Positions 38,001 through 44,957 of a stretch of 47,066 nt of DNA are shown here, in pieces. The position numbers and the translations under genes are program-made. This DNA is from Fidelibacterota bacterium (GTDB lineage: Bacteria > Fidelibacterota > Marinisomatia > Marinisomatales > TCS55): positions 1-47,066 of the forward strand of contig JAPNQO010000101.1 in the NCBI GenBank assembly GCA_027251445.1. The letters are read 5' to 3'. Position 1 is the first letter of the stretch; each line of letters starts with the position of its first letter. Below the pieces are notes generated by a model, which saw only the letters and a list, made by a program, of their open reading frames with translations, was not told the origin of the DNA and ran no database searches.

Positions 38001-38186
38001 ATTTTCATTTGTCATTGTACCTCTTCCAGCTTCAACAGGTAATAAAAGAACATTCGCTCCCACTAAAGGTTCTTTATTTATACCATCAACAACCTTTCCT
38101 CTAATTTTTCCAGAAACTCTATCTGATTGAGCACCTAAGACCGATATAAATACGAATATAATAGATAAGAGAAATTTGAACTTCAT
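35067..38186 (-). CDS. Large TonB-dependent receptor (carboxypeptidase-regulatory-like N-domain, plug, barrel)
   Basis: GKIRGKVVD..EPLVGANV; IHMRGGRSGEVAFYVDG; GGFSAEFGEAMSGIV.VVTKSG; GLRWDYF, SPRLG, GNPNITPE.T and RNVFN; C-terminal GINLWF. Confidence 0.92.
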   Translation of the reverse strand: MKFKFLLSIIFVFISVLGAQSDRVSGKIRGKVVDGINKEPLVGANVLLLPVEAGRGTMTNENGEFVIPNLITGKYSIKFSYMGYASTTIQSIDVSPGATTEILCLMNVEAIEGQEVNVVAESMENTVDVKSVVTQVKYSGDQLYKMPVSNFTDVIANAGGVVKTEAGRSRGIHMRGGRSGEVAFYVDGILTNDPVDRSQGVQIDKESIDVLTISKGGFSAEFGEAMSGIVTVVTKSGSKQDYSGNLIFETDQISNNNSIYNNNYGKYNLQFGGPFPGLNKYLSFYLSGSYAGSDIVSPRSIKLPHSSYTHPMGTLKMTFSPPNSGFNAIMSASYEDKATESYSHSISKGNWLKDYYKTFEGSRRLSLQIQNTLGKNTAWRLMISTFEHYNNYGSGENTSYKDFNYLSTRLDWVNFAENNGWYDPKTRLWKELTDANGLPLISDSYFVIDDLSGGTSNNPVQLSSLPYEEQAFYYYYYTQGNQFDLSKGMWSSESEKVVAYNQRWHEAGTWFIPAFLDEESNYYNSMDSIAHFKEFDEKEYASYLFGDDDFQRENDLWAYLGNMHNGYYYDRDIFNVYTFGPGRPRSHKSVSTHSSIEFQINTQWSMRNAAKFGFKTTSSTMDYRDIQFANQNPYFDSYNYEPLSGSAYAENTYENNDFILMSGLRWDYFDPNVESLKTSLLVDDGVVERQPADVKIKLSPRLGINFNASDKTAIYTNYGYFVQFPQYSEMYQNVYADISSGLPLVGNPNITPEETIQYQFGLAHKFSPTLGLEIISFFKDQMNLATNRTYPVLIDGQVASVTVMEMEDYAKIKGIEFKLKLNNFSNLTGDIDYTWMSAKGTGSSNREYYYLYIFDSDRPLPVKEYPMEFDITHSLKFNLNYYLPTRNSNSFIGRLTGDWNFNFQGNLATGAPYTPSDIYGKAQEIGSKRMPGYKSLDMRIEKYFNKFSMYFDIRNVFNWVNTTYVYSYSGEPDTNGRPPVFERNRYLQYIGDTSPINGNIISSAEEAYDTHLQLWKSLLNNPYNYSSARYFHFGINLWF

Positions 38187-38215
38187 AATTATTTTTTTAA
38201 GTTAATAAATTATTG

Positions 38216-39331
38216 TTAAGCAGATTTTCTTCGAATATGATATAATGGTTTTGAGCCATTTTCTATCACTTTTTTTGTTATTGTAATTTTATCAATTGAA
38301 TCCATTTCCGGGATTTGATACATAATGTCCATCATTGATTCTTCCATCACTGCACGCAAAGCTCTTGCTCCAGCATTTCGTTGCATAGCACGAACTATGA
38401 TTGCATCTATAGCATCTTTTCTAAACTCTAATTTTATTCCTTCCATTCTAAAAAGTTTTTTGTATTGTTTAATTAAAGCATTCTTTGGTTCAGTGAGCAC
38501 TTTATATAGAGCATTTGCACTTAAATTATTCAATGTAGATATCACTGGAAGCCTTCCTACAAGTTCAGGTATAAATCCAAATTGAATTAAATCCTCAGGC
38601 TTTAGAAAATTCAAAATATTATTAGATTCATTAATATTAGTTACCTTTGATTTAGTAAAACCTATTTCTGCTTTTCCTTCTCTTCTCAATATAATATCTG
38701 TAAGACCATCAAACGATCCACCACAAATAAATAAAATATTTTGTGTATCTACTGGAATAAGACTTTGCTCGGGATGTTTTCGACCTCCTTTTGGAGGCAC
38801 ATTACTAATTGTTCCTTCTAAAATTTTTAATAGTGCTTGCTGTACGCCTTCTCCTGATACATCACGAGTTATACTTGCACTTGATGCTCGTTTACCAACC
38901 TTATCAATTTCATCAATGTAGACAATTCCTTGTTCGGCCAATGATATATCATAATTTGCCACTTGTAATAAACGTACTAAGACATTTTCTACATCTTCCC
39001 CAACATATCCTGCTTCAGTAAGCGCAGTCGCATCTGCTATTGCAAAAGGGACAGAAAGAAAATTAGCTAGAGTTTGTGCAATTAATGTTTTTCCAGTACC
39101 AGTGGGCCCAAGCATCAAAATATTACTTTTTTCAAGCTTCACGCCATCCTCTAAATCTTGAAATATTATCCTCTTGTAATGATTATGCACAGCAACTGCC
39201 ATTATTTTTTTTGCTTTTTCTTGACCAATAACATGTTGATCAAGATACTCTTTTATTTCTGATGGACGTGGAAGCGTCCTATGATTTACATTTTTATTTT
39301 TGGATTTGGGTTTGATTGATTTGTTAGTCAT
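38216..39331 (-). CDS. clpX: ATP-dependent Clp protease ATP-binding subunit ClpX (no N-terminal C4 zinc-binding domain)
   Basis: [72 protein letters not shown] loop and GARALR. Confidence 0.97.
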   Translation of the reverse strand: MTNKSIKPKSKNKNVNHRTLPRPSEIKEYLDQHVIGQEKAKKIMAVAVHNHYKRIIFQDLEDGVKLEKSNILMLGPTGTGKTLIAQTLANFLSVPFAIADATALTEAGYVGEDVENVLVRLLQVANYDISLAEQGIVYIDEIDKVGKRASSASITRDVSGEGVQQALLKILEGTISNVPPKGGRKHPEQSLIPVDTQNILFICGGSFDGLTDIILRREGKAEIGFTKSKVTNINESNNILNFLKPEDLIQFGFIPELVGRLPVISTLNNLSANALYKVLTEPKNALIKQYKKLFRMEGIKLEFRKDAIDAIIVRAMQRNAGARALRAVMEESMMDIMYQIPEMDSIDKITITKKVIENGSKPLYHIRRKSA

Positions 39332-39933
39332 TTTTTACGAGCTGTTAAAATTGTATCAATAATTCCATATGCTTTTGCTTCGTCAGCACTCATAAAAAAG
39401 TTTCTATCAGTATCTTTCTCTATTTTTTTTATCGTTTGTTTGGTGCTTTTTGACAAAATAGAATTTAATCGTTGTCGCAGTCTTAATATCTCATCAGCTT
39501 GTATTTTTATATCTGAAGCTTGTCCTTCTGCGCCACCTAGAGGTTGATGGATCATAACACGAGAATTTGGTAAAGCTGATCTCTTACCAGGTGATCCACC
39601 AGCTAATAGGACTGCAGCCATACTAGAAGCAGCGCCCATGCAAATAGTAGCTACATTTGGTTTTATATAATTCATTGTATCAAAAATACCCAACCCTGCA
39701 GAAACATAACCTCCTGGTGAATTAATATACAAGAATATATCTTTATCAGAATTTTCTGCTTCTAAGAATAATAACTGGGCAATAACTAAAGAAGCCACAG
39801 TATCATCAATTGGCGTGCCCAGGAAAATTATTCTTTCCTTCAATAGTCTTGAGTAGATATCGTATGCACGTTCGGTTCGTCCAGATTGCTCTACAACCAT
39901 TGGAACTAACTGAGCCATTGCATTCTTACCCAT
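39328..39933 (-). CDS. clpP: ATP-dependent Clp protease proteolytic subunit ClpP
   Basis: [34 protein letters not shown] (catalytic Ser), MIHQPLGG and DRNFFMSA. Confidence 0.97.
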   Translation of the reverse strand: MGKNAMAQLVPMVVEQSGRTERAYDIYSRLLKERIIFLGTPIDDTVASLVIAQLLFLEAENSDKDIFLYINSPGGYVSAGLGIFDTMNYIKPNVATICMGAASSMAAVLLAGGSPGKRSALPNSRVMIHQPLGGAEGQASDIKIQADEILRLRQRLNSILSKSTKQTIKKIEKDTDRNFFMSADEAKAYGIIDTILTARKK

Positions 39934-41234
39934 TATTTATTCCCTTCTTTTTCTGCCTCTTCACGAAGCACTTTAGTATGAACTTTAACATCTTTAATCT
40001 TTGCAAAATCTTCTAAATAGTTCAACACCTTTTTTTCTATTAAATCATCTTCAATTCTTTGTCTATTACTTGGCTTCTTATAATATTTTTTTATTTCTTT
40101 CGAATGATCTGGTGATCGTTCTAATAATTTTTGGATTTCTTCTTCAACCTCATCTTTTGATGCGCCAATATTATTTTGATCAGCAATTATTGCTTTACGT
40201 ATTAGATACCATTTCATATTTCTTTCAGCAACAGCTTTATATGTTTCTCGGATATTATTTTCATCAATATCTTGAGATTGTTGCTGTTCCTTTGTTTCTT
40301 GAATAAGATGATCTAGATACGAATCAACCATTGCTGGTGCAAATTCAGGCTTTACATAATCTATCATACTATCAGCTAAGATTCTTTCGTAGGCCTCCTT
40401 CGACCGTTGTGTATAACTCTCATCCACTTTTTCTTTAATAATTTTTCGAAAATCCTCTTCATCTTTTGCTTCAGGCTCAACTAATTTAATGAAATCTTTG
40501 TTTACCTCTGGAATTAGCTGCTCTTCAACATTAATAACAGAAAGTTCATATTTTTCCATTGAATTATTATTTGCATCTGGTAAATCTATTTGTGTTTTTG
40601 CTCCTGCTTTAAGTCCAATTAACTTGTTCATATTATCACCGATAAAAGGTTCTATTCCAATTTGTAAAAATCTTTTTTCTAGTTTTTCTCCTATAATTGG
40701 TAAGCCTGAATCATCTAATTTTTGTAAATCAACAATTAAATAATGGCCCTCTTTTGCTCCATCTTCTACTGTTTTTACTTCAGATCGAGATTTTCTCATT
40801 TCATTGATTACATTATCAATATCTACATCATCTGATATATACTCAGTTTTCTGGACTTTTAAACAATTTTTCTTCATCTTTGGTAATACAATCTCAGGCT
40901 CAATTTGAAATGTTGCTTTAAACCTAAAATGTTCTTCATATTGAAAATCAATATCTTCTATATTTGCTTTATTGACGGGGACTAGATTTTCTTTCCTTAA
41001 AGCCTCAATATAAAATTTATTTACACCCTCCTCAATAAATTCTGCTTCAATATTTGCCATAAATTTATTCATCAAAACTTTCAGAGGTATTTTACCAGGT
41101 CGAAAACCAGGCAGTCGAACTTTTTTACTGAACTTCTTAACAGTTTGTTGAAAATCGGTGTTGCATTCATCCCAATTAAGGATAATGGATAATTCCATTG
41201 TATATGCATTTAACTTATTTACTTTTATTTTCAT
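39933..41234 (-). CDS. tig: Trigger factor
   Basis: [10 protein letters not shown] ribosome-binding signature; 433 aa; canonical tig-clpP-clpX order. Confidence 0.93.
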   Translation of the reverse strand: MKIKVNKLNAYTMELSIILNWDECNTDFQQTVKKFSKKVRLPGFRPGKIPLKVLMNKFMANIEAEFIEEGVNKFYIEALRKENLVPVNKANIEDIDFQYEEHFRFKATFQIEPEIVLPKMKKNCLKVQKTEYISDDVDIDNVINEMRKSRSEVKTVEDGAKEGHYLIVDLQKLDDSGLPIIGEKLEKRFLQIGIEPFIGDNMNKLIGLKAGAKTQIDLPDANNNSMEKYELSVINVEEQLIPEVNKDFIKLVEPEAKDEEDFRKIIKEKVDESYTQRSKEAYERILADSMIDYVKPEFAPAMVDSYLDHLIQETKEQQQSQDIDENNIRETYKAVAERNMKWYLIRKAIIADQNNIGASKDEVEEEIQKLLERSPDHSKEIKKYYKKPSNRQRIEDDLIEKKVLNYLEDFAKIKDVKVHTKVLREEAEKEGNK

Positions 41235-41256
41235 ATTGTGTTTAAAATAGCTGGCG

Positions 41257-41285
41257 AATTTACTTCTTCAAGTATTTGCCGCCAA
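41257..41285 (-). promoter_or_regulatory. Putative promoter TTGGCG-N17-TAAATT upstream of tig
   Basis: On the - strand, -35 at 41285-41280 and -10 at 41262-41257, 22 bp before the tig ATG. Confidence 0.5.
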
Positions 41286-41317
41286 CATTATAGATTAAAC
41301 AATTTAAATAAATCCCA

Positions 41318-41965
41318 TCAAATAATTCCATCTTTCACAACTAAGCTTCCTTTATAAAAATACCAAAGTGCTACCATTTGAATTATATGGGCTATGTCAT
41401 TGTAATTCATGTGTTCATGTAATGCTATCCCACTCTGTTGCACTCCAGCTCCAATAAAACTGATTAAAACTCCCATCATTAACATTGTAGAACCATCAGA
41501 ATTAAAGTTTATATACGAATACATAAACCCTATAAGTACTATAATCATGAGTGGGACGTAGAATAGGATTACATAAAGAAAATCATCATTTCTTGTCATA
41601 AAATACAAATAAATTACTAAGAAAAGCATCATTACCCATTTCAAACGAATCGCCAGGTCATATTCAAATAAATGATGCAACATACTCATAACCATAAAAT
41701 AACTCATTGCCCCAATTGAATATGTTGTGAATTTCCAAATTATAGCTGCAATTAAAGGAGAACAATAGGGGCCAATTCCATGACTTAATGCCCCAAATAA
41801 AGCTCCCAAACCAAGCATTCGAAAGGTCCATATCCAGTGATATTGAACATTAAGAAGCTGATTAATATAAATAGTTGTTAATTCCCTAGCATAATAAAAT
41901 GCCATGAAAGCAATAATCAAATCTGTTATTGTTGTCATGGGTTCATATATAATTGTTTTTACCAT
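41318..41965 (-). CDS. Polytopic membrane protein (DUF6962/CREST-like, possible metal-dependent hydrolase)
   Basis: About 7 TM helices; EPMTTITD, GALSHG and NDIAH motifs. Confidence 0.6.
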   Translation of the reverse strand: MVKTIIYEPMTTITDLIIAFMAFYYARELTTIYINQLLNVQYHWIWTFRMLGLGALFGALSHGIGPYCSPLIAAIIWKFTTYSIGAMSYFMVMSMLHHLFEYDLAIRLKWVMMLFLVIYLYFMTRNDDFLYVILFYVPLMIIVLIGFMYSYINFNSDGSTMLMMGVLISFIGAGVQQSGIALHEHMNYNDIAHIIQMVALWYFYKGSLVVKDGII

Positions 41966-41971
41966 TTCGTG

Positions 41972-43318
41972 TTATATACCCATAACTAAATATACTAATT
42001 CAATAACATCAATAATCGTTATCAAATTATCTGTATTCATATCACCAGCTTCCATAGAGCATAGTTCAGGCTCTATAATTCCTGAAGCAATATCAACCAA
42101 ATATAATATATCAAAAATATTTATTTTTTGGTCAAGATTTATATCGCCTAAGCTGTTTCCACAAGAAATCATTTCTAACATAGCAGGTACTTTCATTGTA
42201 ATGCAATGTATCGCCCCATTTGCTGCTATAATTTGATTGCAATCAAAACCTATTGCCTCTGAACCGGGGATTATTTCTTCATATTGTGAAAGAATATCCA
42301 CATCATTAGCAAAAGAATCATTAAACCCATAAATTGGAACTAATATTTTATTGTTAACTAATAGAGAATTAACATATGTATATGTGATACCATTATTGTA
42401 TGGTGGCATGGGCATGCGAACAATATTGAATGGTCTTCCCACACCATTTGTTTCATTTGCTAGCTGATTAGCAACTTGATTACATATGTCATAATTCCCT
42501 GGATATCCAGCAGCTTGATTTTCATACTCTCCAACGATAATTGTAGTATCATTAACTATTTTCACAAACATATCTATATGTCCAGTTCCGTCATTAATAA
42601 GATGGGGAGTAATTATTACCTTGTGAATTCCAAAATAATCTAAAAAATATTGTCTTAGTTGTTGCTCAGTTAAATCAGGGTCAAATCCTTGAGAAGCATC
42701 AAAAACTACATCTGAAATAATTACAGCACCTTTACCATCTAAAAGCATATTCCCGCCAGCTTCTATAAGACCTAAACCATAATAACTAACACCAAAGTTT
42801 TCTGCAAACAACTCGGGGAAAGCATCATCTTGAGGACGTGGCCTATTATAAGTAAGATCAATAATCGCTCTGCGATTATCAGGTTCGTAGATCCACCAAG
42901 GTCCATAATCTCTGATCCAGACAGAATTAGTCGGCACTACTTCAAAAACCACATGGTTCATATTTACATTTGCATTATTTAAAGTGTTAAATACTGAATT
43001 CTGTTCACTTGTATTATCAACAACGACCCAGGCAGTATCTTCTTCAGCTACTTCTTTTACTAGTTGAATTAATAAAGTTGTGTATGCTTCCCAGGCAAAG
43101 AGTATACCAGCTATAGAGTCAAATTCTGCAGGAGCGTATAAGATGCTATCAGGTGGATCTGTAATCGTAAGATTTCTTCCAATTTCATGTAGTCTATTTT
43201 TTTCATCGTCTGTTAAATTATGTGGTAGATCTTGGGCGGCTAATAAAGAACCCATCAAAATTGATATCAAAAGAATCAATTTATTACCTAATAACATGAT
43301 TTTAGATATACTGTGCAT
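41972..43318 (-). CDS. Secreted agmatine/peptidyl-arginine deiminase family protein with C-terminal dockerin
   Basis: Signal peptide; APAEF, WIRDYGP, AGGN, TGHIDMF, YVNS and GAIHCIT; two Ca-loop repeats GDINLDQKINIFD and GDMNTDNLITIID; the real start may be Met8 (43297). Confidence 0.88.
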   Translation of the reverse strand: MHSISKIMLLGNKLILLISILMGSLLAAQDLPHNLTDDEKNRLHEIGRNLTITDPPDSILYAPAEFDSIAGILFAWEAYTTLLIQLVKEVAEEDTAWVVVDNTSEQNSVFNTLNNANVNMNHVVFEVVPTNSVWIRDYGPWWIYEPDNRRAIIDLTYNRPRPQDDAFPELFAENFGVSYYGLGLIEAGGNMLLDGKGAVIISDVVFDASQGFDPDLTEQQLRQYFLDYFGIHKVIITPHLINDGTGHIDMFVKIVNDTTIIVGEYENQAAGYPGNYDICNQVANQLANETNGVGRPFNIVRMPMPPYNNGITYTYVNSLLVNNKILVPIYGFNDSFANDVDILSQYEEIIPGSEAIGFDCNQIIAANGAIHCITMKVPAMLEMISCGNSLGDINLDQKINIFDILYLVDIASGIIEPELCSMEAGDMNTDNLITIIDVIELVYLVMGI

Positions 43319-44156
43319 TCAAAGATTCTAATTTTGTTAATTTTTCAGACATTTCATTTGCTTCTTTTTGATGTTCATGTTTTTCATATCCTTTTTGAAG
43401 AATCTTTACTTTCCTAATGGTCATATTTATAGTTGCTATGCGATCATCAATGCTTAATAATGGATTATCAATCATTTTTTCTAATGCAATTGTTCGATAC
43501 CGATCCATCCCCCAATATTTTTTTGACAACTGATCTTTATGACCACCATATTTTTTAACTAATTTTTGATCCAAGTATAGAACTTTATATTTTGAACAAA
43601 TTCTTAACCATAAATCATAATCCTCACAAACTGGTAAATTTTCATCAAAAAAACCAACATCATTAAATATATCCTTATGAATAATAATTGATGAAGGAGA
43701 TATAACACATAATGGTAAACATTTTTTATAGATTTCTCCACCATATTTTCTATGTTTTTTCATTTGATTAACTCGCACTCCATTACGAATCCAAATTTCA
43801 TCTGTATGGCAAACTTTAAACAACGGATTTTTTATAAAGAAACTGATTTGTTCTTCAATTTTATTAGGCATCCACTCATCATCTGAATCCAAGAATGCTA
43901 TCCACTTACTATTAGCAGCTTGAATGCCAATATTTCTTGCGCTACTTACACCTCTATTTTCTTGATATATCAAGATTGCTTGAGGAAAGTTTTCTTTTAT
44001 CATATCATAAGTACCATCATTGGAACCATCATCTACAACAATAATTTCATTTACTGGATAGGTTTGATTAATTACCGAATTCATAGAACGAGGAATCAAT
44101 TTTAATCTATTAAATACGGGAATTATGACACTAACAGAGTTTTGTTTATTAATCAT
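43302..44156 (-). CDS. Glycosyltransferase family 2
   Basis: VSVIIPVFNR, IIVVDDGSND, GVSSARN.G, IAFLDSDDEW and EDYDLWLR. Confidence 0.93.
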   Translation of the reverse strand: MINKQNSVSVIIPVFNRLKLIPRSMNSVINQTYPVNEIIVVDDGSNDGTYDMIKENFPQAILIYQENRGVSSARNIGIQAANSKWIAFLDSDDEWMPNKIEEQISFFIKNPLFKVCHTDEIWIRNGVRVNQMKKHRKYGGEIYKKCLPLCVISPSSIIIHKDIFNDVGFFDENLPVCEDYDLWLRICSKYKVLYLDQKLVKKYGGHKDQLSKKYWGMDRYRTIALEKMIDNPLLSIDDRIATINMTIRKVKILQKGYEKHEHQKEANEMSEKLTKLESLNAQYI

Positions 44157-44348
44157 TTAATTTTTTTTGTATCCGCAATAAATACATTCATTCCCAGCTT
44201 GCACTAGAAATTCACATTCTGGACAAGCCCATTCATCCATTTGTAAATCTTCATATGGATCATCATTTAATTTTTGAACACTGACTAAAATTGCAATAAT
44301 AATTATAAATGATATTATTACTGATATTAATAATAGAGAAAAACCCAC
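44157..44348 (-). CDS. Small membrane protein with C-terminal zinc ribbon
   Basis: 63 aa; GTG start with AAGGA SD; one TM helix, then W.CPEC-x8-CIYCG; fills the intergenic space exactly. Confidence 0.7.
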   Translation of the reverse strand: MGFSLLLISVIISFIIIIAILVSVQKLNDDPYEDLQMDEWACPECEFLVQAGNECIYCGYKKN

Positions 44349-44363
44349 TAAATTATCCTTTAT

Positions 44364-44391
44364 AAAAAAAAACCCTGCTAATTACGCAGGG
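44364..44391 (-). terminator. Intrinsic terminator
   Basis: CCCTGC (44373-44378) / GCAGGG (44386-44391) stem with a 7-nt loop, followed on the - strand by T9. Confidence 0.85.
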
Positions 44392-44418
44392 CTATTTAAT
44401 AAATACATATTTATTTAA

Positions 44419-44847
44419 TTATTGTTTTAATCTGTACGTACATCCTTCAATAGTTTTAAGAAATTTTTCCACTTGATTTGATGTATGAAATAACTCGTTC
44501 ATCGGCTCAAATATATCAGTTGGATACATTTCTTCATCAAATTCAACAAGAAATATTGATTCAAGCTTTACGGTTATATCTCTTAAAACTTGCTTTGTAA
44601 CATTTTTACTTCTAAGAAAATTTATTTGTAGATTTAATTGGCCTTCACTCGTCATATGAAAAAGGGGTAATAAACCAAAATCAGAATCACACCTATATGT
44701 TAAAGTACCGTGATCATTACCTCTACCCCAAGAAATATCAGCAGCATGTTTTTCTGAAAACTCGCAGATACTATTTCCAATTTTTGCTATTTCACGACTA
44801 CATTTTTCTCTCATGTCAGCCATAAATGTATTTTTATCCCATTTCAT
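44419..44847 (-). CDS. Hypothetical protein
   Basis: 142-aa ORF with GGGGG SD-like tract upstream and its own terminator; globular composition; no recognised catalytic motif. Confidence 0.7.
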   Translation of the reverse strand: MKWDKNTFMADMREKCSREIAKIGNSICEFSEKHAADISWGRGNDHGTLTYRCDSDFGLLPLFHMTSEGQLNLQINFLRSKNVTKQVLRDITVKLESIFLVEFDEEMYPTDIFEPMNELFHTSNQVEKFLKTIEGCTYRLKQ

Positions 44848-44957
44848 AAAATAAATTTTCCCCCAGTTTGATAAAAACTCTGAAATACAGTAAAAAGTGT
44901 ACGCGGAATTTAAAGAAAAGTTTTATTTAATAAAAAGGAAGGTTATTATTTTAATTT

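Noticed and set aside
41235..41317. tRNA or structured RNA upstream of tig (imperfect GGCGAAT...ATTTGCC repeat)
   Set aside because: No cloverleaf or TTCGA T-loop; the GC residues are explained by the putative -35/-10 promoter
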